From positions 4,043 through 68,042 of IMG/VR virus record IMGVR_UViG_2913091994_000006: DNA of 64,000 nt; one strand, given 5' to 3'. The notes beneath the pieces are model-generated. The model had not been told where the DNA came from. It did no database searches and saw only the letters and a list, made by a program, of their open reading frames with translations. Made by a program: the position numbers and the translations under genes. This document shows, in pieces, positions 1 through 8,000 of the stretch; position 1 is the first letter of the stretch, and each line of letters opens with the position of its first letter. This DNA comes from a virus. Its lineage: Duplodnaviria; Caudoviricetes.

Positions 1-71
1 GCACTGTCGCCGAGTTTGAAGGGGTTGTCTGTGGGTCTGAGCTTGCGGATAGCGGTATCAGTGAGTGCCAT
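1..71 (-). CDS. N-terminus of P4-type (tRNA-targeting) tyrosine integrase of a neighbouring island; runs off the window
   Basis: Manual translation MALTDTAIRKLRPTDNPFKLGDS, the typical IntA/IntB arm-binding N-terminus; lies just downstream of tRNA-Asn. Confidence 0.8.
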   Translation of the reverse strand, partial: MALTDTAIRKLRPTDNPFKLGDS

Positions 72-238
72 AGCGGGGGGGCTCCATTCGTTCAACGAAC
101 CGAGAGGCCCCCGATGAATCCCCCCGAAAACTACAGATATCAAAAAACCCGGCAATCCTTTTCAGGACAACCGGGTCAATCTAACTGCTTGTTTTTATAA
201 CGCATTAAGACTCACTGAGGCGTCTTAATACTAAAATC

Positions 239-314
239 TGGCTCCTCTGACTGGACTCGAACCAGTGACATACGGATTAACAGTCCGCCGTTCTACCGAC
301 TGAACTACAGAGGA
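239..314 (-). tRNA. tRNA-Asn(GTT)
   Basis: Reverse complement TCCTCTGTAGTTCAGTCGGTAGAACGGCGGACTGTTAATCCG...GAGGAGCCA, 76 nt with CCA. Confidence 0.97.
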
Positions 315-414
315 ATCGTTTCAACGAGGCGCATAATACTGGGCCAGCTATACCGTGTCAATAGTAAAATTAACGCGGTAATTCAATTGGTTAATTAACC
401 TACAAAATGAGGAA

Positions 415-1212
415 TTAATGCTCTGATGCTTTCCCGTAGTCGCCCTCGGTTGAGTGTACCCGTAAACGCTGAGAAGGGTCCTGGCGATAGAACTGACAAA
501 AACGCTGCCATAACGACGGAAAGCGTGGAGCAAACAGTTCTGGCGCACTGAAAAAATACTCTGACAACACGGCAAAACATTCTGCTGGGTCGGTGGCGGC
601 ATAGGCATCTATACTGGCAGCGCTTTCGCCAACAAGATCGATTTCATCCTGTATATTATTCATTGCAGCGTGGAGATCGTGTTCCCAGCCGGCCACGTCC
701 CGCAACGGGATGAAAGGAATACCGCTGGCGCGATCGCCATTGCGCATATCCAGTTTGTGCGCGACTTCATGGATAATGAGGTTGAAACCCGAAGCATCGA
801 ACGAGTCCTTGATATCCAGCCAGTTCAAAATGATTGGCCCTTGTTGCCAGCTTTGCCCCGACTGTACGACGCGCTGACTATGCACCAGACCTATGTCATC
901 TTCCCATTCATCATCTACAACAAAGGGGGCGGGATAAATGAGTACTTCATGGAAACCATCAAGCCACTCAATACCGAGCTCCAGGATCGGTAAACAAAAA
1001 ATTAACGCAATACGCGCGCTTTTCAACGAGTCGAGCTCAAATCCCTGTAGCGCTACCAGCCTTTTTTGCTGCAAAAAACGTTCGGCCAGCGCAATGAGTC
1101 GGGCCTGTTCTTGCGCGGTGAGGTTTACCAGAAGAGGTATAGCCAGCGCATCATCCCACGGCCAGTCTGCGTTCTGGGTTATTTCTTGTGCTTTCCAGGG
1201 CCATTTAATCAT
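415..1212 (-). CDS. mtfA: Mlc titration factor MtfA (YeeI), zinc metallopeptidase
   Basis: MIKWPWK start, HEVAH motif, position between asn and serU tRNAs. Confidence 0.95.
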   Translation of the reverse strand: MIKWPWKAQEITQNADWPWDDALAIPLLVNLTAQEQARLIALAERFLQQKRLVALQGFELDSLKSARIALIFCLPILELGIEWLDGFHEVLIYPAPFVVDDEWEDDIGLVHSQRVVQSGQSWQQGPIILNWLDIKDSFDASGFNLIIHEVAHKLDMRNGDRASGIPFIPLRDVAGWEHDLHAAMNNIQDEIDLVGESAASIDAYAATDPAECFAVLSEYFFSAPELFAPRFPSLWQRFCQFYRQDPSQRLRVHSTEGDYGKASEH

Positions 1213-1300
1213 CGTTTTGCTCGTAAACTCGTCACTTGAACAAAATTACCCAAACAGGGTCTGTTAAAATGCCAAATTACCTGGCATCATTGCAATATAC

Positions 1301-1390
1301 GGAGAGATGCCGGAGCGGCTGAACGGACCGGTCTCGAAAACCGGAGTGGGGGCAACTCCACCGGGGGTTCAAATCCCCCTCTCTCCGCCA
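1301..1390 (+). tRNA. serU: tRNA-Ser(CGA), prophage integration site
   Basis: 90-nt GGAGAGATGCCGGAGCGG...CTCTCCGCCA, long variable arm, CGA anticodon. Confidence 0.97.
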
Positions 1391-1392
1391 CA

Positions 1393-1468
1393 ATTCAAAC
1401 ACTTAGCTCATCTTCTTTCAGCGATCAGTCTCACACTTAGAATACAGTTAGAATATTCTGTTAGAATA
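1393..1468 (+). promoter_or_regulatory. att arm: IHF-like site and three TTAGAATA repeats (probable integrase arm-type sites)
   Basis: ATTCAAACACTTA at 1393-1405; TTAGAATA at 1437, 1448 and 1461, between tRNA and integrase stop. Confidence 0.55.
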
Positions 1469-1492
1469 TTACGTGAAAAACGTATCACCATT

Positions 1493-2515
1493 TTATGCTT
1501 TTTCTGCCAGAAGAGGGGCATCCAGTGATGGTGTGATTTTCACTTTTCGATCATAAGTCAGCACCTGGCTTTCGGTCCTGTGGCCGGAGAAAAGCTGTTT
1601 ATCACGACTGCTGCCTTCATAGTCAGAAATGGCCTTTGCTTTGATATCGTGGAAGGTGCATCCGAACGGAGTACCACATCTGGATTCCGCTGATTTTTTG
1701 GCTTTGTTCCACCATTCATTTACCAGCCGGGGCGAAGCCTTGTTTCCCGTAGCCCCTTTAATAACAAAACCTCCTGACTCTCCAAAGGCATTTCTGGCCA
1801 GTTGAATAGCAGCACGCAGGCGGGGAGACCATTCTTTAATTTGTTTTGTGCCCGTTTTGTTCTGCTCAATATAGATCCCCATGTCCATCACTTCATTCCA
1901 GCGTAGATCAAGAACATCCCCAAGCCGGGCAGCGCACAGGTACGAAACCTCCATCGCAACGCGTAATGCAGGCGTGGCTTCGTCATAAATTGCCGCATAT
2001 TGCTCATCGCTGATGTAGACGGTACGTGGCTTCGAAGTAAATTTACGTACCCCTTTGCAGGGATTGCCCTTCACATACCCACGTTCAAATCCCCATCCGT
2101 AAACACGGCTAAGACTCGCGAGTTCGTGATTAGCCTGTGTCTTACTTTCCAGCCCTCTCTTGTCCATAAAAATTCTAATATGTTCTGTTTTTACCGTGTC
2201 CGCACGCATTTTTCCAAAAACAGCCAGCAGCTTACGCTGGTGCTGGTGATAGTCTTTTTGAGTTCGTGGAGCCAGTTCGGTAAATGCTGGTGAATCAAGA
2301 AACAGATGCCATAATCTGGATACCGTCATTACGTTATTATGTTCGGCTTTTTTTGCCTCATATTTTTGCCACAATACAGCCATACTCGTGCCTTTAATTG
2401 GGGCCAGCGTGATACACGTCCGGCTATTTTTAGGCTTCCAGAAATAGCTATATTTGTTGTAATAAACATAGTCAGGTAATCGGTTGTCTTTCACATTCTT
2501 ACGCGGTCTTGCCAT
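1493..2515 (-). CDS. int: Prophage tyrosine integrase
   Basis: Catalytic motifs AARLGD, TFHDIKAK, FSGH...Y. Confidence 0.93.
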   Translation of the reverse strand: MARPRKNVKDNRLPDYVYYNKYSYFWKPKNSRTCITLAPIKGTSMAVLWQKYEAKKAEHNNVMTVSRLWHLFLDSPAFTELAPRTQKDYHQHQRKLLAVFGKMRADTVKTEHIRIFMDKRGLESKTQANHELASLSRVYGWGFERGYVKGNPCKGVRKFTSKPRTVYISDEQYAAIYDEATPALRVAMEVSYLCAARLGDVLDLRWNEVMDMGIYIEQNKTGTKQIKEWSPRLRAAIQLARNAFGESGGFVIKGATGNKASPRLVNEWWNKAKKSAESRCGTPFGCTFHDIKAKAISDYEGSSRDKQLFSGHRTESQVLTYDRKVKITPSLDAPLLAEKA

Positions 2516-2741
2516 TGTCCAGTGCTCCAAAATCTGGATCAGGAGAAACGAACTCTGATATTTTTGGCAGTGGAACTATAGGTTGCCGAAGGTACATGCG
2601 AAGAACAATAGGTTCGTTTTTCTTCCCGGTTGTAAAAGGTATGCCGTGGCAACGTAATTGTTGCTGTTGCTCCGTATAGCGCGTATACCCGGTGATCTCC
2701 TGAATTTCTTCTGGGGATAACGTCAGTTCATGCTTATACAT
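2499..2741 (-). CDS. Excisionase-like protein (DUF4224 type)
   Basis: LSPEEIQEITGYTRYTEQQQQLRCHGIPF pattern, overlaps the int start. Confidence 0.75.
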   Translation of the reverse strand: MYKHELTLSPEEIQEITGYTRYTEQQQQLRCHGIPFTTGKKNEPIVLRMYLRQPIVPLPKISEFVSPDPDFGALDNGKTA

Positions 2742-2820
2742 GGTCATGCCTCTATGGTTCATGACCGCCACCAACTATAAAGCGTGGAGGGCGGTCGGGG
2801 TTGAACAACGATGTTCAGGT

Positions 2821-3237
2821 TCAAAAATCAAAGGTTTGCTGCCCGCCACCTTTCAGTATTTCTATGCTTCTGGTATAGCTGTTAGCGAACCCAGCCCAAT
2901 GTGCTGCACGAATAATCGCGGCCTGCTCTTTGGTCAGGCAGGGTTGCGGTAATGCAGAATGCTTTCTGTGTTCTGCAACGCGTATGTATTCGCCAGCTTC
3001 GTGTAACTTCTGGCACAGGGGGCAAAGGTCGCGTGTATCCATCATCCGGAGTTTTCCGTCGATGAAGATGTTGCCATGCCATGTAGCGCAGCTCCGGCAC
3101 ACTGGTGCGTCGCAGGTGAACATGCCACGACATCTGGTCATGTGTCCGTGTTTGTCCTCATCGGCATCCCAGCCGATGATCCCGTCGCAAAGTAGGGGGG
3201 CCGGAGCGCCGCAGAACATGCAGACAGTTTTTTTCAT
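2821..3237 (-). CDS. Cys-rich (zinc-binding) hypothetical phage protein
   Basis: 138 aa ORF with several CxxC pairs in the early operon. Confidence 0.6.
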   Translation of the reverse strand: MKKTVCMFCGAPAPLLCDGIIGWDADEDKHGHMTRCRGMFTCDAPVCRSCATWHGNIFIDGKLRMMDTRDLCPLCQKLHEAGEYIRVAEHRKHSALPQPCLTKEQAAIIRAAHWAGFANSYTRSIEILKGGGQQTFDF

Positions 3238-3272
3238 GCAGCAATTACCTCTCGATTAATGCATAACAATAA

Positions 3273-3905
3273 TCACTCCTGGACGGGCTCAGTCGGCAGC
3301 CCAATCATCTCGTTCAGCGCTTCCCGGCGAATAGCAGGAGGCAGGGGAACAACCGCATCTTCAGCAGGTAACAGTTCTTTGGCTTCAGGCCACTGCTCCA
3401 GCAGACGCTTCACTGTTCTGGCTTTATCCAGTGCGGCGGTGACGTTCTGGCGGATGTCTGTTTCGTCGCTTTTTATTTCCCTGTAAAGCGCATCGAAGCT
3501 GTAGAACTCGGTAACGAGTGGGTCGTCTGCCAGCAGGGTATATTCATAGGGTGTAACTTTGCAGATATGGTCTGGTTGACCTGATTCGTGTGCGCGATAA
3601 TTACCGTTGAAGTACGCACAAACACATGAACCCGCCAGATTCAGATAAATATCAGCCCTCGTTCTGATAATCATGTTATCGGTCCTCAGTTCTTCGGGCA
3701 CTTTCGCAATAAGTGCTGCAATTTTCTTTTCGGTTTTTAATACCTCAGCTTCTGCTTCCGGGCCGCCAATTGCTGCCAGCCTTACACGTTCCGCCCAGTC
3801 TGCACGGGCATCACGCAGGGATTTTTTACGTTGCGGAATACCAGCTTTTGCCAGTGCGTTATCTACGATTTTCTCTTTAATGGATTTATTCAGCGTCTGG
3901 TTCAT
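3273..3905 (-). CDS. Nmad5-like (nucleotide-modification-associated) protein
   Basis: N-terminal LNKSIKEKIVDNAL and C-terminal RTVKRLLEQWPEAKELLP resemble the Nmad5 family (recalled). Confidence 0.6.
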   Translation of the reverse strand: MNQTLNKSIKEKIVDNALAKAGIPQRKKSLRDARADWAERVRLAAIGGPEAEAEVLKTEKKIAALIAKVPEELRTDNMIIRTRADIYLNLAGSCVCAYFNGNYRAHESGQPDHICKVTPYEYTLLADDPLVTEFYSFDALYREIKSDETDIRQNVTAALDKARTVKRLLEQWPEAKELLPAEDAVVPLPPAIRREALNEMIGLPTEPVQE

Positions 3906-4055
3906 ATTGTTCACCTTGTATAATTTAGGCTGCACGAATCCCGCCGCGAGAGCGGTGTTTAAAAACGATTTACGGTTAATTAATTATTCAGATGCGCGTT
4001 ATGGCATATGCAAAAGCCCACGCTATCCCGACATATAAAAATGCGTCAGGCCAGT

Positions 4056-4742
4056 TCATCCGTTATTTCCCTCCGGCTGCGGTGCTGCTGCGAGCATGGC
4101 CTCGTAGATATTCCCGAACTGTACGCAGAATGACTCATCGCTATTGAACAGCACATCTTCACAGTCCATTGCGGCATCGTGTAACTTGCTATTCGGTCTG
4201 GCATTTCTGAGCGAATGGGCTAAACGCTTAACCCACATAACAAGTTCGTCCGTCTGTTTGTTGTCCCGCGCTGGCGGGGTGTAGAAATACGGCCTGATAA
4301 TCCACTTTTTATTCCAGAAGTCTCGCGTTTTCTCGGCTTCCTCAAGCGTTGCAACACTACAGCCAACCTTTCCGCACTCTTTGATGACGTGGTATCCGGC
4401 TGGCTCGCTATCAGCCTTGCGGCGTTCCTGTAGCTCCTCGTCGTCAGCATTGTTACGGTTTTCGGCCTCATATAGTTGCTCCTGTACGTCCTCTATTTCG
4501 CCACGCAACGCCAGACAGGAGCGGCGGAGTTCCTGTAGCTCGTCTATCTCATCAAGCAAGCCCAGGACGATACTGAAACCGCATTTCTTCACAAAGTTAG
4601 CAAGTTGATCTTCTGCTCTTTCCATATCGTCTAGCGCTGCCGGGCTATCTCGGTTTTCTTCATACCACGCCCTAGTGGATTGATAATTTTCTACGCACTT
4701 ATTCAGCGTCTTGCGCCACTCTGGTAATTTGTTATTGGTCAT
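4056..4742 (-). CDS. Ea/EaA-like mosaic early protein
   Basis: ELQERRKADSEP and IYEAMLAAAPQ segments typical of P22 Ea-region proteins. Confidence 0.6.
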   Translation of the reverse strand: MTNNKLPEWRKTLNKCVENYQSTRAWYEENRDSPAALDDMERAEDQLANFVKKCGFSIVLGLLDEIDELQELRRSCLALRGEIEDVQEQLYEAENRNNADDEELQERRKADSEPAGYHVIKECGKVGCSVATLEEAEKTRDFWNKKWIIRPYFYTPPARDNKQTDELVMWVKRLAHSLRNARPNSKLHDAAMDCEDVLFNSDESFCVQFGNIYEAMLAAAPQPEGNNG

Positions 4743-5216
4743 TTAATCAATCTCCCGGTGTCGGTTGTATCCGAGTTCGTTTTTTCCCGTTGGCGTCAGG
4801 CGCATCGTTTCTGGCGAACAACCAACCGACGCGACAGTAATTAGCCCTTTATTTCGTAGCGCCCTTCCTTGCTGGGTGCACTTGCCACCAACCACCCACC
4901 AATAAACGTCTGTTTGCGGATAATGAAGCAACACAAAACCCGCCTCTAGTGCCCTTAGTACCCTTAACTGAGGAACAGGCAACCACCATCCAGCCATCAC
5001 TCCCCCCTCGCTTTCCGCTGCATCAAACCACGCATCCTGTCCCACAACGTCATCACCGCATGGCGGCTCACATTTCGAATAACGGCCCGCCCACCAAAAG
5101 TTACCGTTACGATGCTCTGCCGTTCCGCAGATATGGCATATATAAAACGAGCCATCGCGCTGATAGTGATGACCGTGTTTGTTGTTCATGCGTTCACGCG
5201 TCGTTCTGGCCATCAC
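4743..5216 (-). CDS. Hypothetical protein, probably two small genes fused at a G6 tract
   Basis: ORF track; internal GAGGGGGGAGTGATG junction. Confidence 0.5.
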   Translation of the reverse strand: MMARTTRERMNNKHGHHYQRDGSFYICHICGTAEHRNGNFWWAGRYSKCEPPCGDDVVGQDAWFDAAESEGGVMAGWWLPVPQLRVLRALEAGFVLLHYPQTDVYWWVVGGKCTQQGRALRNKGLITVASVGCSPETMRLTPTGKNELGYNRHREID

Positions 5217-6025
5217 GACTCCTTAACCTTGATGTCAGCGGCGTTCATCCGTGTAACTTCAGCAAGACACGCATTCCACGTATCACGAAACGTTGTCGCT
5301 ATAAGCCATTTTTCGTAACCATCAAGGACCGAAGCCAGATTTTCCGGGGCCCGCTGAGGTAAAGTCACCGTCCGCGCCTCCAGTTCTGCTATGCGTTTTT
5401 GCAGGCTGTCCATCTCAACTGTGTCGTTGATACTGTCCAGATTGGCCTTGATGGCTAACTCGTTCTGGTCGTGCGCAATGGTTCGCAGATTGCCGTTTTT
5501 ACTTTCCAGTTCGGCTATGTGCTGTTTCAGGTCGTCAATAGCTTCCATAATCGACTCATTGTCGCCAGCGCATCCCAGCGCCTCGGCAAAATCACGCTGT
5601 ACTTCATCAGCGCTTAACAGCAAAAATTTACGGTGATCCAGGCTACGCTGTTGTTCGGCATTCCGCTTTTCTGCGGCTTCCAGTTGCTCCCGCGCCTGTC
5701 GCATATCATCACGCATCGCCAGCGCTACGGCCTCTATTGCGTCTTTTTCCCGTTGGAGTTGAAGATTCTCATCCAGTAACGCCAGCACATCCGGGTCGCT
5801 AACATCGACGACAGTGACGCGAGACTGTTCGTAGTGGTCATCTGCAATACTGCGGCCTTCTGCGTAGTGGCAACCTTTATCGTCATATGTCGCGCCCGTG
5901 CAGCCATAGGTAATTCGACTGGCAGACATTCGCTGGATTGTCATTTCCTCGCCGCAAATATGGCATTTAGGTACAGGTTTTGGTGAATAGCGCTCACGCA
6001 GCGCCTGTTTGTCGATGTTGCTCAT
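5213..6025 (-). CDS. Ead/Ea22-like family protein
   Basis: MSNIDKQALRE start, PDVLALLDE motif, coiled-coil C-terminus. Confidence 0.8.
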   Translation of the reverse strand: MSNIDKQALRERYSPKPVPKCHICGEEMTIQRMSASRITYGCTGATYDDKGCHYAEGRSIADDHYEQSRVTVVDVSDPDVLALLDENLQLQREKDAIEAVALAMRDDMRQAREQLEAAEKRNAEQQRSLDHRKFLLLSADEVQRDFAEALGCAGDNESIMEAIDDLKQHIAELESKNGNLRTIAHDQNELAIKANLDSINDTVEMDSLQKRIAELEARTVTLPQRAPENLASVLDGYEKWLIATTFRDTWNACLAEVTRMNAADIKVKES

Positions 6026-6255
6026 TGGGCTGCCTCCTCAAATAAAACTTCACCCTCCAGCCCACCGACCTGATAAATGATTGAGCCATCCTCCCGATAT
6101 TCCATCGGGGCGGCGCTCCATCCCTCGCCGCTTGGATCGTCATCATCTCCAACCTGAACAAATCCCACAGCAACAACCGTGGCCGGATAAGTTTCACCCT
6201 CAGACCAGTAGCCCTCGGTGTCTTTTACACATTTCAGGAATATCAGATTGCTCAT
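6022..6255 (-). CDS. Hypothetical phage protein
   Basis: MSNLIFLKCVKDTEGYW ORF coupled to both neighbours. Confidence 0.6.
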   Translation of the reverse strand: MSNLIFLKCVKDTEGYWSEGETYPATVVAVGFVQVGDDDDPSGEGWSAAPMEYREDGSIIYQVGGLEGEVLFEEAAQ

Positions 6256-6839
6256 AGCGCGGCTCCTTTGCGAAGTTGGGTGGCCCATTCCTCAATCGAT
6301 TTCTCCGCGTATTCACCTGACAAACCGTCAGCCGCTGGTAGTGGGTCATTGGCTAAATCCTCTTTCGCCGACAAAATCATGCGTGTCACGTCGAGAACTT
6401 CTGATACAGGTTTATCGAGGAATCCGTGATTGAAGGCGGCGGCGAGACGGCTGGCGGCATAGTTTATGCCCTCGTTACGAGCACTTGCCCGCACTTCAGC
6501 CAGAAAAGCGTCAGTGGCTGGGGTCTCCATTGCATCCAGTGCACGGACACGGTGGTTTTTCTCAAGCACTGCTGCGTCAGGCTGGAGGATGTCGTTAAGT
6601 GCAGACTTCAGCCCCGCATTCTCCGCAGTCAGCGCATTACACTCCTGAACCAGCTTTTCCGCTGCTTCCTGCGCCAGTTTGTTTACTTGTTCGGCGGCTC
6701 CCATAAGGTCGTTAATCATGCTCAGCTTTGCAGCCAACGCCGCGCATTTTTCTTCCAGCTCAGCGATAGTCATCACATATTCGGCGTTACGTTCAGCCAG
6801 TTGATTCATGGTTAAACCATCATCTGTTTGCCTGCCCAT
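6252..6839 (-). CDS. Ea-region coiled-coil protein
   Basis: ETPATDAFLAEVRA...QLRKG motif common in lambdoid early proteins. Confidence 0.65.
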   Translation of the reverse strand: MGRQTDDGLTMNQLAERNAEYVMTIAELEEKCAALAAKLSMINDLMGAAEQVNKLAQEAAEKLVQECNALTAENAGLKSALNDILQPDAAVLEKNHRVRALDAMETPATDAFLAEVRASARNEGINYAASRLAAAFNHGFLDKPVSEVLDVTRMILSAKEDLANDPLPAADGLSGEYAEKSIEEWATQLRKGAAL

Positions 6840-7147
6840 TAGCCAACCCTCCGATCGAAATAGACGTATTGATTGACCTGACTGACTGGCATTTTCAGCA
6901 TCCCGGCAATATCCCGGCGTTTCATACCTTTCTGATGCAGGTCACGCGCCTGTTCAATATCACTCTGGCGATATTTTGCGGACTGGTGATAGTCACCACG
7001 CAGGCGCAAACTGATATGTAACTCCCGTGCTTTTGCACGTACCGCGCCGTCTGTTCTGCCAATCAACTGACCGATGTTCGCTACTTTCATCGTTCCGGCG
7101 CACTGGCGGATAATCAGGATTTCCGATCGTTTCCATTTATTCATCAT
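6839..7147 (-). CDS. HTH DNA-binding protein
   Basis: Two HTH-like segments (IGQLIGRTDGAVR; IAGMLKMPVSQV). Confidence 0.6.
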   Translation of the reverse strand: MMNKWKRSEILIIRQCAGTMKVANIGQLIGRTDGAVRAKARELHISLRLRGDYHQSAKYRQSDIEQARDLHQKGMKRRDIAGMLKMPVSQVNQYVYFDRRVG

Positions 7148-7179
7148 TATTTCGGGAGGCCAGCGACCGCCAGCCTCCG

Positions 7180-7995
7180 TTATTTGATATCCATACTGTT
7201 CAGGTCGTTGGCTTTTTCTTTGGTTGGTGTGACTTGCTCAAACCAGTCAGCAGGTGACGACATACCATCTTTTATGCTGGCAGATATTTTTTTTAACTGT
7301 ACGACCTGCGCTGGTCTTATAGCTTCAATTCGGCACTGGATACGTTTTTCAACCTGTTCTTTTGAGACGCCAAGCCTCTCAAATGATTTGATCATGGTTT
7401 GCAAATATTCTGGTGTCAGATCAAGGCTGGTATTCAGCGTTAACTCACACTGCTTAACTGCAGCCTCCACTACATCACCAGGAATAACACCAAGAATACA
7501 TGCACGAAGCCGACGAGCACCCTGACTGGCTACTACTTCGTAAATATCACGAGGATCGGCGAGTTTTTTTGTTCCCTTATTTGAGTAGCGGATATGTGGA
7601 ACAGTAAATGTTTTTACCTGGCGAGTGTTGGTTTCAACATCCCATGCAAATGCCTCAACAGTTGATTCCCCGTTTTTATTTTCCAGTTCCCGGATTCCGA
7701 ACTGAATATTCCCCCAGTTCTGCGCAATTGCTTCTGCCAGCCGAATGCTGGGACCAGTAACCTCCGTACCTCCACGTCCATAAGAATAAAGCGCACCTTC
7801 AGCAAGGGTGGGGCGGGTACAGGCCTGAAGAATACGATCCATTGCATGAATAGCATCACGGGGAAATTTTTTCGCAACAACAAGTGCAGCCTGAACTTCC
7901 TGCATGGCACGTTGTTGCTCAACAGCCACAAGCCCATTAATGTTATTATCCTGGTGTCCGTTATTTCCAAAAGGATTTATAATGTCGTTACTCAT
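7180..7995 (-). CDS. Putative single-strand annealing protein (recombinase partner of RecE)
   Basis: Occupies the recT position directly after recE; AKKFPRD and GPSIRLAE motifs. Confidence 0.6.
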   Translation of the reverse strand: MSNDIINPFGNNGHQDNNINGLVAVEQQRAMQEVQAALVVAKKFPRDAIHAMDRILQACTRPTLAEGALYSYGRGGTEVTGPSIRLAEAIAQNWGNIQFGIRELENKNGESTVEAFAWDVETNTRQVKTFTVPHIRYSNKGTKKLADPRDIYEVVASQGARRLRACILGVIPGDVVEAAVKQCELTLNTSLDLTPEYLQTMIKSFERLGVSKEQVEKRIQCRIEAIRPAQVVQLKKISASIKDGMSSPADWFEQVTPTKEKANDLNSMDIK

Positions 7996-8000
7996 GATAT

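Noticed and set aside
1307-1528. 73-aa ORF
   Set aside because: Overlaps tRNA-Ser and the att arm; spurious
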